Assembly: GCA_963733295.1 (NCBI GenBank) | Contig: CAVTCS010000003.1 | Location: 1,888,001-1,952,000, forward strand | Source of the DNA: Vulcanimicrobiota bacterium | GTDB lineage: Bacteria; Vulcanimicrobiota; Vulcanimicrobiia; Vulcanimicrobiales; Vulcanimicrobiaceae | Length of the DNA: 64,000 bases | Direction: 5' to 3' | In this document: piece after piece, positions 54,332 to 64,000 of the stretch | How positions within the stretch are numbered: the stretch's first letter is position 1 | Layout: each line of letters starts with the position of its first letter | Notes under the pieces: model-generated | What the model was told of the DNA's origin: nothing | The model's database searches: none | What the model saw: the letters and a program-made list of their open reading frames with translations, nothing else | Made by a program: the position numbers and the translations under genes

Positions 54332-56347
54332 ATGGGAGACATCGCTCGTCGCCGCAACGTCGCGTTCGTCGGGCCGCATCACGCGGGAAAGACCTCGCTG
54401 ATCGAAGCGCTGCTCTTGCAGTGCGGAGCGATTCCACGGCGCGGTTCGGTATCCGACGGAACGACGACGACCGACCACGAGCCCGAGTCGATCGACCGCG
54501 GCCAGTCGACCTGCGTGAGCTTCGCGCACGCGGAGACGCCGGCGATCGACCTGACGATCGTCGACTGTCCCGGATTCGTCGAATTCGTCGAAGAGGCGAA
54601 GCTGGCGCTGCTGGCTGCCGACGCGGCGGTCATCGTCATCGACGCCGACCCGTCGCGCGTTCGCCAGACGCGTGCGCTCGTCGAGTTTCTCGAAGCGCGC
54701 AAGATGCCGCATTGCTTCTTCGTCAATAAGCTCGACAAGCCGGGCAGCGATTTCCGCGGGACGCTCGGCGAGCTCAAAGCGCTGTTCGGGAACCGCATCG
54801 TTGCCGAACACCTCCCGATCGGCGAAGGCGAACACTTCCGCGGCTACATCGATCTCGCCGAGCGGCGCGCCTTCGTGCTCGAAAAGGGCGCCGCGGTCGA
54901 GATCGAGATCGAAGCCGAGCTTGCGGGACCGGTGCAAGAGGCGCGCACGCAACTGCTCGAGGCGCTGGGCGATTTCGACGATCATCTGCTCGAGGAATTG
55001 CTCGACGGCATCGAGCCGCCGCTCGAAGAGGTTCGCAAAGATCTGCGCGACGAGACCTCGCGCGATCTGCTCGTTCCCGTACTCGTCGGCGCGGGCCTCA
55101 CCGACATCGGGATTTCCGCGAGCGCGCTGCTGGAAGTGATCGAGCGGCAGTTCCCGGCGCCGGAAGGCGACCCGGCGGCACCGCTCGTCGCGCAAGTCTG
55201 CAAGACGATCGTGCACGCACAATCCGGTAAACTCTCCGTCGTGCGCGTGTTCGCAGGCACGCTCGGCGCCGACGCGGCGCTCGTCGACACGACGCGCGAC
55301 GGCATGAAAGTCCGCGCCGCCGGTCTGTACCGGCTGCAAGGCAAGAAGCAAGAACCGGCGGTCAGCGCGGGGCCCGGGGAGATCGTGGCGATCGCGAGGC
55401 TCGAGGGTGTTCAAACCGGCGACACGCTCGTCAACAACGGCGCCAAAACGGTCCTTCCGGTCCCCGAGGTCGCCGAACCGCTGTACGCGGTCGCCATCAA
55501 GCCGAAAGAGAAACTGGACGAGGCGAAGCTCTCTCAGATGCTGGCGCGCATCATCGAGGAAGACCCGCTCCTGCGGCTCGAGCGCGCCCAGTTCACGAGC
55601 GAACTTCAGCTGTTGGGTCTGGGCGAGGTGCACGTCGCGACCGCGATGCAGCGCCTAGCGCGCAAGTATCATCTCGCGCTCGAGATGCATCCGCCGAGCG
55701 TCGCTTACCGCGAAACGATCGGACAAATGTTCGAATCGCACGCGCGTTACAAACATCAGACGGGTGGCCACGGTCAGTTCGCCGACGTCACGCTGCGCAT
55801 CGAACCGCGTCCGCGCGGCGCCGGTTTTGCGTTCGCGACCGCGATCGTGGGCGGCGTCGTTCCCAAACAGTTCTTTCCCGCGGTCGAAAAAGGCGTGCGC
55901 GAAGCGCTCGGCAAGGGTCCCATCGCCGGCTACCCGGTCGTCGACTTGCAAGTCACTTTGATCGACGGAGCGTTTCACGCCGTCGATTCCAGCGAGCAGT
56001 CGTTCAAAACGGCGTCCGCGCTCGCGATGCGGGAGGGCTTGCCGCGCTGCGTGCCGCTCCTCCTCGAGCCGGTCGTTCACCTCGAGGCAATCGTGCCCGA
56101 CGAGAGCGCCTCGGCGATCCTGAGCGGCATTACCGCTAAACGTGGGCAGGTGCTGTCGTTCGAGCCCTCCGAACGCCGTGGTTTTCAGCGCGTCGTCGCC
56201 TGCGCTCCGCAGGCGGAGGTGGGGAACTACATCACCGAGTTGCGGACCGCGACGCAGGGACTCGGCACGTACAGCTGGCGACACGAGCGCTTCGATCCCG
56301 CACCGCCGAAGATCTCGCAGCAGCTACGGGAAACTGCAGCGGTTTAA
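54332..56347 (+). CDS. Elongation factor G-like protein (EF-G2)
   Basis: GPHHAGKT, DCPG, NKLD, GLGEVH, YRET, KHQTGGHGQF, VDSSE; RGQST replaces RGITI; outside the str operon. Confidence 0.9.
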   Translation: MGDIARRRNVAFVGPHHAGKTSLIEALLLQCGAIPRRGSVSDGTTTTDHEPESIDRGQSTCVSFAHAETPAIDLTIVDCPGFVEFVEEAKLALLAADAAVIVIDADPSRVRQTRALVEFLEARKMPHCFFVNKLDKPGSDFRGTLGELKALFGNRIVAEHLPIGEGEHFRGYIDLAERRAFVLEKGAAVEIEIEAELAGPVQEARTQLLEALGDFDDHLLEELLDGIEPPLEEVRKDLRDETSRDLLVPVLVGAGLTDIGISASALLEVIERQFPAPEGDPAAPLVAQVCKTIVHAQSGKLSVVRVFAGTLGADAALVDTTRDGMKVRAAGLYRLQGKKQEPAVSAGPGEIVAIARLEGVQTGDTLVNNGAKTVLPVPEVAEPLYAVAIKPKEKLDEAKLSQMLARIIEEDPLLRLERAQFTSELQLLGLGEVHVATAMQRLARKYHLALEMHPPSVAYRETIGQMFESHARYKHQTGGHGQFADVTLRIEPRPRGAGFAFATAIVGGVVPKQFFPAVEKGVREALGKGPIAGYPVVDLQVTLIDGAFHAVDSSEQSFKTASALAMREGLPRCVPLLLEPVVHLEAIVPDESASAILSGITAKRGQVLSFEPSERRGFQRVVACAPQAEVGNYITELRTATQGLGTYSWRHERFDPAPPKISQQLRETAAV

Positions 56348-56363
56348 CTAATATCCTTAGGTC

Positions 56364-57995
56364 GTGCGGAGACTCTTAGCGTGCGCGCTGTCCCTTTTCG
56401 TGCTCGCCGCGTGTACGCGCGTCGGGAGCGGTAGCGAGTCCGCGGCAGGCCGTCATGCTTGGACGCAGCCGGACGTCCTGCGCATCGGCTCGCAAACGGC
56501 CCCGAACTCGCTCAACCCGATCCTGTCCAGCAACACGACCGAAGGGATGATCGACCGCCTGCTGTTTGACGTGCTCGTGACCGCCGACGAGCAGGGCAGG
56601 CAGGTACCTTCGCTTGCGAGCGAAGTCCCGACGCTCGAGAACGGCGGGATCGCGAAAGACGGGATGAGCGTCACCTACCACTTGCGGGAAGAAGCAAGGT
56701 GGCACGACGGCGTTTTGATCACCAGCAAGGACGTCGCGTTCTCGTGGCGCGCCATCATGAATCCGAAGAACAACGTCATCGGGCGCAACGGATACGATCT
56801 CGTTTCCTCGGTCGATACGCCCGACGACGAAACGGTCGTCTTTCATCTCAAGCAGAAGTTCTCGCCCTTCGTCAACACGGTTTTCGGTGAGAGCGACGAC
56901 GCTTTTGAAGTGTTGCCCGAGCACCTGCTCGGCAAGTACCCGGACATCAACCACATCCCATTTAACTCGGCGCCGATCGGCAGCGGGCCGTTCAAGTTCA
57001 AGGAATGGGCGCGCGGAGACCACATCACGCTCGTTGCGAACGAAAACTACTTCCTAGGCACGCCCAAGCTCAAAGAGATCATCATCAAATTCATCCCCGA
57101 CGAGAACACCGAGCTCAACCAGTTGCGCACGCACGACCTCGACTGGCAGTTCGAGGCCTCGCCCAACGAGTATAAGGGCCTGCTGACGGTTCCCGACATC
57201 AAGGTCGTGCTTCAGGACCGGAACGAGTACGAGCTGGTTCAGATGAACCTCAAGCACCCGCCGCTCGACGACCTCCGCGTGCGCCAAGCGATCGCGTACG
57301 CACTCGACAACGCAAAGCTCACGCACGACCTCACGGCGGGCTCGGCTACCGCGGCCGACCAAGATCTGCCTCCCTTCATGTGGGCTCACGCGCAGAACAT
57401 CACCCGTTACCCGTTCGACCCCGCGAAATCGAAGGCACTCCTCGCGCAAGCCGGCTGGACGCCCGGCCCGGACGGCTTCTTGCAGAAGAACGGTCAGCGC
57501 CTGAGTTTGGTGCTCGTCACCAACAACAGCAACGCCACGCGGCGGCTGGCCGTCGTGCAAGTTCAGAACATGCTCCGTGCCGTCGGTATCGACGTGGAGA
57601 TCAAATTCTACTTAGGGGCGCTCCTCTTCGCGACGATGGCCGAAGGCGGGATCCTGCAAAACGGCCACTACGACTTGTCCTGGAACGGCTGGGTGGCCGG
57701 CATCGATCCCGATCAGTCGACGCTCTACATGTGCAAAGCCCAACCACCGAACGGGAACAACACGTCCCACTACTGCAACGCCGAACTCGACGCGGCCGAA
57801 GAAAAAGCCCTGACCAACTTCGATATTCCGACGCGTAAGACGGCATACGGCGTCATCGAAGCGCTTCTGACGCGCGACATGCCGGTGGACGCGATCTGGT
57901 GGCCGCGGCAGATCCAACCGATCAACCCCGATTTCAAAGGCTTCCGTCCGAATCCGGTCACGGCTTCATGGAACTCGTACCAATGGGAGATCTAG
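56364..57995 (+). CDS. Peptide ABC transporter substrate-binding lipoprotein (family 5)
   Basis: LAAC lipobox; WHDG, GSGPFK, RVRQAIAYALD, LLAQAGW; no permease genes adjacent. Confidence 0.9.
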   Translation: MRRLLACALSLFVLAACTRVGSGSESAAGRHAWTQPDVLRIGSQTAPNSLNPILSSNTTEGMIDRLLFDVLVTADEQGRQVPSLASEVPTLENGGIAKDGMSVTYHLREEARWHDGVLITSKDVAFSWRAIMNPKNNVIGRNGYDLVSSVDTPDDETVVFHLKQKFSPFVNTVFGESDDAFEVLPEHLLGKYPDINHIPFNSAPIGSGPFKFKEWARGDHITLVANENYFLGTPKLKEIIIKFIPDENTELNQLRTHDLDWQFEASPNEYKGLLTVPDIKVVLQDRNEYELVQMNLKHPPLDDLRVRQAIAYALDNAKLTHDLTAGSATAADQDLPPFMWAHAQNITRYPFDPAKSKALLAQAGWTPGPDGFLQKNGQRLSLVLVTNNSNATRRLAVVQVQNMLRAVGIDVEIKFYLGALLFATMAEGGILQNGHYDLSWNGWVAGIDPDQSTLYMCKAQPPNGNNTSHYCNAELDAAEEKALTNFDIPTRKTAYGVIEALLTRDMPVDAIWWPRQIQPINPDFKGFRPNPVTASWNSYQWEI

Positions 57996-58537
57996 ATCCA
58001 CAGAAATCGCGCCTCTCCCAGATTCCCGAGCTGCGCTGGCTCGTCAACATGATCGTCGAGCGCGCGCTGACGCGCGGCGACTATTTGCTCGCCGGCGGCA
58101 TCCGGAGCGACTACTACATCGACAAGTTCCGGCTCTTCGCCGACCCGGACGTCCTGCGCCGGATCGCGCGCCTCTTTACGCCGGTCGTGACCGAGGTACA
58201 ACCCAGTCTCATCGCCGGGACCGAACTCGGCGGCGTCATCTTGGCGACGGCGGTTTCGCAGATGACCGGAATTCCGATGATCGTCGTGCGCAAGTCGCCC
58301 AAAGCGTACGGCGCGTTCGCCGACGAGTACGTCGAAGGTCCGTACGAGGCCGGTCAGCGCGTTCTGCTGCTTGAAGACGTCGTCACGAACGGCCGCGAGG
58401 TGCTGCTCGCCAAGTCGCGCCTCGAAGAACTCCGGCTCGAAGTCCACGTCCACGCCGTCATCAGTCGCGGTCTCGCGCCGATCAAGTCGCTCGTGCAGTT
58501 CTCCCTGCCACGCGGGAACGCCAAGACCGACAACTAG
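57983..58537 (+). CDS. Orotate phosphoribosyltransferase-like PRTase
   Basis: GDYLLAGG.RS.YYID, GTELGG, RK..K.YG loop, VLLLEDVVTNG. Confidence 0.78.
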   Translation: MGDLDPQKSRLSQIPELRWLVNMIVERALTRGDYLLAGGIRSDYYIDKFRLFADPDVLRRIARLFTPVVTEVQPSLIAGTELGGVILATAVSQMTGIPMIVVRKSPKAYGAFADEYVEGPYEAGQRVLLLEDVVTNGREVLLAKSRLEELRLEVHVHAVISRGLAPIKSLVQFSLPRGNAKTDN

Positions 58538-58631
58538 CGCGCTCGCAGCGGAACCTGGGGTGCCGCGGTTGAAGCCGCGATTCCGCGGGAAAGCGTCGCC
58601 CAATCCGCGCCGTTACCAGAGGAGTGACGTG

Positions 58632-58832
58632 ATGGAAGATCAGCCAGCCGCTACGACTTCCGATGTGAAAGCCAAGATCATCAAGGAAATCATACCGGGA
58701 GCTTCCCCCGAACTCGTGAGAGAAGTCCTCGAGGACCTGACCGAACACACCGTACCGAGTCCCTCCTCCGAAGAGGTCGAGCTCGAGCGCATCCATCGCG
58801 CTCAGATCGAGGAAGCGGCCGAGGGAACCTAG
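58632..58832 (+). CDS. Small acidic hypothetical protein (66 aa)
   Basis: GAGGAG RBS before GTG/ATG; fills the gap before the convergent gene. Confidence 0.55.
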   Translation: MEDQPAATTSDVKAKIIKEIIPGASPELVREVLEDLTEHTVPSPSSEEVELERIHRAQIEEAAEGT

Positions 58833-58834
58833 AG

Positions 58835-59635
58835 CTACTCGATCTCGAGCCGGTCCAGATCGTCGGCGACGGCGATCGGTCCGTCGAACCGCGATTCGGC
58901 TTCGCTGTGAAGTTCGGCCGGCGTGGTTTCGGTCGGGTAGTGGGTCAGCACCAGCCGCTCGACGGAAGCGTTGTGCGCGATAAGGCCCGCTTCGGCCGCG
59001 GACATGTGCCCCCGCTCCGCCGGTTCGACTTCGTTCGGTAAGAGCGTCGACTCGCACAGGAACAGGTTCGCGTCGCGGGCCAGCTCGGTGAGCGCGCTGT
59101 CGGGAGCGGCGTCGGAGGAGTAGCACAGCGCGGAGCGGTCGACTTCGTAGCGCGTCGCGAAGGTCGGGATGAAATGCACCGTTCTCGCGAAGCGCACGGT
59201 CGTCTCGCCGATCTGCAAAGCGGCCTCTGGGTCGAACGTATGAACCTCAAAAACCTCGGCCAGGAAGTCGTGCCGCGATTCGCGCGCGAAAGCTTCGACC
59301 ATGCGCCGCAGCATCGCCTCGCCGCCCGGCGGCAGGTAGAGCTTGACGCGGCGAGCGGTCGTCCGGGGGCCGTACTTCAGCTCGTAACGCATCGGGATCA
59401 AATCGATGAAATGATCCGCGTGCATGTGGCTGATGACCACCGCATCCAGGCGTTCCGAGGGCAGGACGCGCCGCAAGTTCGAGAGCGCGCCAGTTCCCAG
59501 ATCGGTCGCGATGGCGCTGCCGCCGCCTTCAACGAGGTAGCCGCTGCACGCCCTGCCGGGGCGAGGGATCGAAGAACTGGATCCCAGTACCGTCACGCGG
59601 AGCGTTGCGGTCGAGAGCGGCGCAGAGGCCTCCAC
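58835..59635 (-). CDS. MBL-fold metallo-hydrolase (RNase Z/BN, YhfI-like)
   Basis: VLGS, CSGYLV, SHMHADH, YSSD, CEST, GHMS, LTHY; TAGTG overlap with bcp. Confidence 0.88.
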   Translation of the reverse strand: MEASAPLSTATLRVTVLGSSSSIPRPGRACSGYLVEGGGSAIATDLGTGALSNLRRVLPSERLDAVVISHMHADHFIDLIPMRYELKYGPRTTARRVKLYLPPGGEAMLRRMVEAFARESRHDFLAEVFEVHTFDPEAALQIGETTVRFARTVHFIPTFATRYEVDRSALCYSSDAAPDSALTELARDANLFLCESTLLPNEVEPAERGHMSAAEAGLIAHNASVERLVLTHYPTETTPAELHSEAESRFDGPIAVADDLDRLEIE

Positions 59636-60087
59636 TAGAGTTTTGACAGCACATCCTCCGCGTGACCGTTCACGGAAACCTTCGGCCACACGTGGATCAG
59701 TTTCCCCGACGCGTCGAATAGAAACGTCGAACGCTGCACCCCGAGTGACTTCTTCCCGTACATATTCTTTTCCACAATAACGCCGAAAGCGTCGCAGAGT
59801 TTCGAATCGACGTCCGAGAGTAAGCGAAACGGGATGCCGTACTTCTCTTTGAACTTCTGGTGCGACGCAACAGTGTCGCGGCTCACGCCGACGATCTGAG
59901 CGCCCTTCTTCTTAAAATCTTTAAACATGTCGCGAAATTGGCTGGCCTCGTTCGTGCAGCCCGGGGTATCGTCTTTCGGGTAGAAATAGAGCACGAGAGG
60001 CTTGCCTAAAAGGTCCTTCGTGGAGATCGTCGTTCCGGTATCGTCGGGCAGGCGAACGACCGGCAGCTTAACGCCGGATTCAAGCAT
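59635..60087 (-). CDS. bcp: Peroxiredoxin Bcp/PrxQ
   Basis: YFYPKDDTPGCT; no alpha2 Cys, but a Cys in KLCDAFGV (alpha3-type position); QRSTFL; start 60087 or 60102. Confidence 0.92.
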   Translation of the reverse strand: MLESGVKLPVVRLPDDTGTTISTKDLLGKPLVLYFYPKDDTPGCTNEASQFRDMFKDFKKKGAQIVGVSRDTVASHQKFKEKYGIPFRLLSDVDSKLCDAFGVIVEKNMYGKKSLGVQRSTFLFDASGKLIHVWPKVSVNGHAEDVLSKL

Positions 60088-60186
60088 TCGAGTCTTTCCC
60101 ATTCTGTGAGAAGCAAGCGTGGATGACACTTACTCTACGTCCTTCTCATCGGCGAGGCCTCGCCTAGGCCAAAGGTCCTATATCTA

Positions 60187-60822
60187 TTGACTGACGTAGC
60201 GCATCCACTATCCCTCGCGCTCGGCGAAGCGCTAGTGAGGGTCGTCACCCCGCGCGTACTCTTGCTGGGCGTCGGAAATGGTCGAAATTTGGGCCCGCTA
60301 CTCGCCGCAGGAGCGCGCGTCGACGCGCTGGACGATGACCCTTCGCGAGCGGCATCGATTTCGCAACGCTATGCGAGCGAAGCCGGATTGCGCGTCGCGA
60401 GCGGTGCGTACGATGCGCCGCTCCCGTTCGCCGAACGATTCGATGGTGCGCTCAGCACGCACGCGCTGTTGCACGGCGACCGGAACCGCGTTCGAGCGGC
60501 GTTGACCAATGTTTTCGCGGTTCTCAACGACGGTGCGCCTCTGTATCTCGTTCTGGGTTCGCGTTCCGACCCGCGCTACGGTCAGGGCCGGCGCATCGAG
60601 AACGGCGTCTTCGCGCCGGGCGACGGCCCGGAAGCCGGCGTGTCACACATCTTTTTCGACGAAGCCGGCGTACGCGACGTCCTCGCCGGATTCGAGGTGA
60701 TTGCGCTCGAGGAAACTTCCGCGGCGCAATCCGCCGGCCGCTGGGCGCACGCTGCCCACGAAGCCGCGGAGATCGTGCATTGGTTCGTGCGCGCGGCGAA
60801 ACCCGTGGCGCGGGCTTCCTAG
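60187..60822 (+). CDS. Class I SAM-dependent methyltransferase-like protein
   Basis: VLLLGVGNGRN motif I, VDALD, LPF..RFD, L.DG; TehB-like. Confidence 0.72.
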   Translation: MTDVAHPLSLALGEALVRVVTPRVLLLGVGNGRNLGPLLAAGARVDALDDDPSRAASISQRYASEAGLRVASGAYDAPLPFAERFDGALSTHALLHGDRNRVRAALTNVFAVLNDGAPLYLVLGSRSDPRYGQGRRIENGVFAPGDGPEAGVSHIFFDEAGVRDVLAGFEVIALEETSAAQSAGRWAHAAHEAAEIVHWFVRAAKPVARAS

Positions 60823-61142
60823 TAGGTCGGAACCTTCGAGTCGACTTCGCGCGACCAAGCGTCGATGCCGCCGGCCAAGTTCGCGACGTTGCTGAAACCC
60901 GATTCGCGCAGAAACGAGGCGACTCGTCCGCTGCGACTGCCGAGGTGGCAGAGGACGACGATGTCTTGATCTTTTGGATAGAGCTCGGCGATCCGGTCGG
61001 GGATCTGCGCCATGCGGATGTGCAGCGCGTTCTCGAAGCGCGCTTTGACGAGTTCGTCGTCCTCGCGCACGTCGACCACCAAAACGTCCTCACCGGAATC
61101 GAGCAAATACTTGAGTTCGCCGGGCGTGATTTCTTCGTTCAT
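60819..61142 (-). CDS. Rhodanese-like sulfurtransferase
   Basis: [30 protein letters not shown] (MoeZ C-terminal-type rhodanese). Confidence 0.88.
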   Translation of the reverse strand: MNEEITPGELKYLLDSGEDVLVVDVREDDELVKARFENALHIRMAQIPDRIAELYPKDQDIVVLCHLGSRSGRVASFLRESGFSNVANLAGGIDAWSREVDSKVPTY

Positions 61143-61924
61143 TCCTTGCGTGCTCCGATGAGCCCGGTGAGAGGGCTGGAAGCGTTGGCGTAACGTCGCT
61201 TTTCCATTCTGCCGGCAAGAAAAGCGAGGCGTCCGCACTCGACGCCCAAGCGCATCGCGCGCGCCATTGCGACCGGATCTTTGGCGGCTGCGATACCGGT
61301 GTTCATCAGGACCGCGTCGACGCCCAGTTCCATCGCGAGCGCCGCGTCGGAAGCGGTTCCGACGCCCGCGTCGACGATGACCGGCACGCCCGAGCGCTCT
61401 TTGATGATCGCGATCGAATGCGGATTGCAAATGCCGAGACCACTCCCGATCGGCGCTGCAAGCGGCATGACCGCGGCGCAGCCGGCCTCTTCGAGTTTGC
61501 GGCACGCCGCGGGGTCGTCGACGATGTAGGGGAGAACGGTGAAGCCGTCGGCGGCAAGTTCGCGCGCCGCGGCGATCGTCTCGGCCGTGTCGGGATAGAG
61601 CGTGTCAAGATCGCCGATGACCTCGAGCTTGATCAAGTCGGTGCCCAGCAGTTCGCGCGCCAGCCGGGCGGTGAGGACGGCGTCACGCGCGGTCGTACAA
61701 CCAGCGGTGTTGGGCAAGATCGTGTAGCGAGAACGATCGATGTAGTCGAGCATCGTTTTGCCCGACGGGTCGTCGAGGCTGATGCGCCGGATCGCGACCG
61801 TTACCACCTCGGCGCCGCTCGCTTCATGCGCTTGCTGCATCATCTCGAGCGACGGGTACTTTCCGGTGCCGACGATCAAGCGCGAGCGAAACTCGTACTT
61901 GCCGACGCGGAGCAGACTATCCAC
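61139..61924 (-). CDS. thiG: Thiazole synthase
   Basis: [42 protein letters not shown]. Confidence 0.95.
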   Translation of the reverse strand: MDSLLRVGKYEFRSRLIVGTGKYPSLEMMQQAHEASGAEVVTVAIRRISLDDPSGKTMLDYIDRSRYTILPNTAGCTTARDAVLTARLARELLGTDLIKLEVIGDLDTLYPDTAETIAAARELAADGFTVLPYIVDDPAACRKLEEAGCAAVMPLAAPIGSGLGICNPHSIAIIKERSGVPVIVDAGVGTASDAALAMELGVDAVLMNTGIAAAKDPVAMARAMRLGVECGRLAFLAGRMEKRRYANASSPLTGLIGARKE

Positions 61925-62120
61925 CGGCGACCGCACGGATGATCTCGACCTCGTCACCGTCGCCCAACTCGTGCCGCTCGACGTCTGCCCGGCTCACGAC
62001 CCGAGCGTTGACCGCGACGGCGATCGAGTCCGTAGTCGCGATACCGAGGTCGCGCAGAAGCGTCCCCAGGGTGGTGCGAGCAGCTAGCTTGCGCGACTCG
62101 CCATTGATCGTTGCATTCAC
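61917..62120 (-). CDS. thiS: Sulfur carrier protein ThiS
   Basis: INGE, AVAVN, GDEVEII.AVAGG C-terminus. Confidence 0.93.
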   Translation of the reverse strand: MNATINGESRKLAARTTLGTLLRDLGIATTDSIAVAVNARVVSRADVERHELGDGDEVEIIRAVAGG

Positions 62121-62123
62121 CGT

Positions 62124-63251
62124 TTAGACAGGGTTCGCGCCCGCGGCAAGCGCCTCTTGTTGAAGGCGCCGGGGCGAAAGCCCCACGACGTCGCGCGCCG
62201 GCGGCTTGCCTTCGATCGCGTCGGCCGCGGCGAGCGCGGTCGCCGGGGTTAGAAGGATGCCGTTCCGGAAATGGCCGGAAGCTACGAAGTACCCGTCCAG
62301 TCTGGTCGCGCCGATGAAAGGCTTCCCATCGGGTGAACCCGGACGCAGACCCGCCCAGCTCTCACTGACCGTCAGGTCGCCGAGCGGTGGAAGCGCCGCG
62401 AGCGCGGCGTCGAGCAACCGCTGCTGGCCTCGCGCCGTCACCCGGACGTCGAAGCCGGCTTCCTCGACGGTAGCGCCGACGAGTAATCGCCCGTCATCCC
62501 GTGGCACAACGTACGCGCCCGCTACCCAGAGTACTCGCCGGACGAGCCCGCGCGGCGCTGCCAGCGCCAACATTTGGCCCTTGACCGGACGGACCGGGAT
62601 GCGCGCCGCATCCGGCACGCCGGCAAGTTCGCCGGCCCAGGCGCCGGCTGCGTTGAGGACGGCGCTCGCCGGGCGGAAGCCGGCCGGCGTGCGCACGCCC
62701 AGGACCCGTCGAGCATCGGCCTCGATCGAGACCCGATGTGCGCCCTTATCGATCGGTACGCGCAGCGCAGTGCAGGCCGCCTCGAGCGCGCGCCCGAGCC
62801 GGCGATTGTCGACTTGCCCCTGACCTTCGATGAGCGCAGCGCCTTCGCACGACGCGAGGGACGGCTCGGCGCTGCGAACCTCGGCCGAGGTCAGCCAGCG
62901 CGCGGCAACGCCGCGGCGCTCCAACTCGACGACGCGTCGGCTCAGACGCTCGGCGTCGGCTGCCGTGAATGCGATCTCGAGCGTTCCATCGAGGCGCAAC
63001 CGGGCGTCGACGGACGAGCGCAGACGCAACTCCTCGACGTAAGCGGGATACAACTCGAGCGAACGCGCGCAGAAGCTCGCGAAATCGGCGTCCGCAAGCG
63101 CCTCAGTGTACGGTGCGAGCATCCCCGCTCCAGCCCAGGAGGCAGCGCGACCGGGCGACCCCGCGTCGACGACGCGCACCTCCGCGCCACGCTTGGCGAG
63201 TTCGTACGCGATCCCGAGGCCGATCAGCCCGGCGCCGATGACGACGATCAT
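62124..63251 (-). CDS. thiO: Glycine oxidase ThiO
   Basis: GAGLIG, AS.AGAGML, PVKGQ, WAGLRP, GHFRNGILL. Confidence 0.92.
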   Translation of the reverse strand: MIVVIGAGLIGLGIAYELAKRGAEVRVVDAGSPGRAASWAGAGMLAPYTEALADADFASFCARSLELYPAYVEELRLRSSVDARLRLDGTLEIAFTAADAERLSRRVVELERRGVAARWLTSAEVRSAEPSLASCEGAALIEGQGQVDNRRLGRALEAACTALRVPIDKGAHRVSIEADARRVLGVRTPAGFRPASAVLNAAGAWAGELAGVPDAARIPVRPVKGQMLALAAPRGLVRRVLWVAGAYVVPRDDGRLLVGATVEEAGFDVRVTARGQQRLLDAALAALPPLGDLTVSESWAGLRPGSPDGKPFIGATRLDGYFVASGHFRNGILLTPATALAAADAIEGKPPARDVVGLSPRRLQQEALAAGANPV

Positions 63252-63320
63252 CGCGCCATCTTCGGTTTACGCAGGCGCGTGTCCGCCGAGCGTCGACTCG
63301 ACACGCACGGAGACTACGCA

Positions 63321-64000
63321 ATGCGAGTAACCACCTTCAACGCGAACGGCATCCGGGCGGCGGCGCGCAAAGGGTTCTTCACCTGGCTGCGGGCGGAAGC
63401 GCCCGACGTCCTCTGCATCCAAGAGACCAAAGCGCAAGAGCATCAAATTCCACCGGAGGCGCTCGACCTTTCGGAATACAGCTATGCGTTCGTCGACGCG
63501 CAGAAAAAAGGTTATAGCGGCGTCGCGCTTTACGCCAAAGTTCCGCCCGAGAACATCCAGCGCGGCCTCGACATGCCTGACATGGACGCCGAAGGACGAT
63601 TCGTTCGCTTCGACTGGGGCCGTTTGAGCATTGCCTCGGTCTACGTGCCTTCAGGGACGAGCGGTGAGCTGCGCCAGCGCGTCAAGAACGGTTTTCTCGA
63701 ACGGTTTCTGGCCCGGCTCGCCGCGCTGCGAAAGGACGGCCGCAGTTACATCCTTTGCGGTGACTTCAACATCGCGCACAAAGCGATCGATACGTTCGAC
63801 CCGGTGCGTAACGCGAAGGTCACCGGCTTTCTGCCGCACGAGCGAGCCTGGATGGACGACGTCGTAAAGCTCGGCTGGGTCGACGCTTTTCGGGAAGTCG
63901 ATTCCGCACCCAAACGCTACACGTGGTGGCCGGGTTGGCCGGGCGCCTACGAAAGCAATCGAGGTTGGCGGATCGATTACCAGTTGATCACGCCGGATTT
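63321..64000 (+). CDS. xth: Exodeoxyribonuclease III / AP endonuclease, runs off the window edge
   Basis: Not in ORF track. GGAG RBS; MRVTTFNANGIRAA, LCIQETK, KGYSGVA, CGDFNIAH, SGFLP-like TGFLPHER, YTWW, GWRIDY. Confidence 0.92.
   Translation, partial: MRVTTFNANGIRAAARKGFFTWLRAEAPDVLCIQETKAQEHQIPPEALDLSEYSYAFVDAQKKGYSGVALYAKVPPENIQRGLDMPDMDAEGRFVRFDWGRLSIASVYVPSGTSGELRQRVKNGFLERFLARLAALRKDGRSYILCGDFNIAHKAIDTFDPVRNAKVTGFLPHERAWMDDVVKLGWVDAFREVDSAPKRYTWWPGWPGAYESNRGWRIDYQLITPD

Noticed and set aside
61143..61505. Extended rhodanese (228 aa)
   Set aside because: The upstream part overlaps thiG out of frame; AAGGA and the ATGA overlap mark 61142
63252..63320. TPP riboswitch upstream of thiO
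   Set aside because: Too short, and no GCTGAGA or CTGAT..GGATAA..CC.GCG.AGG consensus
1..64000. Mobile elements, prophage or defence island
   Set aside because: No integrase, transposase, terminase, restriction or cas motifs recognised; content is mostly housekeeping, stress and envelope genes

Overview
GC-rich bacterial chromosomal DNA from a diderm (two secretins, lipoproteins, periplasmic SodC). The gene style suggests Candidatus Eremiobacterota/Vulcanimicrobiota, but that is an unverified inference. About 65 CDSs can be supported. I found no rRNA, tRNA, CRISPR array, transposase or prophage. Main blocks: stress genes (PNPOx-like, USP, STAS); a DUF1800/DUF1501 pair divergent from an S8 lipoprotease, a beta-propeller lipoprotein and a secretin; PPi-PFK; M16 peptidase; Crp; tartrate dehydrogenase; two ArsR-SRPBCC modules around folD; alpha-2-macroglobulin; Fe/Mn and Cu/Zn SODs; a sufR/sufCDSU locus lacking sufB; a second secretin; a Liv-type ABC transporter; acs; GH125; EF-G2; a peptide SBP; bcp; thiOSG-rhodanese; xth. 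The best candidate for an undescribed system is 50.9-54.3 kb. There an ECF sigma overlaps a gene fusing a zinc-binding anti-sigma (HxxxCxxC) domain to an O6-alkylguanine alkyltransferase. It is followed by a structured, terminator-closed ~170-200 nt element carrying two strong Shine-Dalgarno sequences, each followed by TAG exactly 10 nt downstream, and then by a PHP phosphoesterase with a histone-H1-like tail. Product calls come from motif recognition by eye, not database searches.
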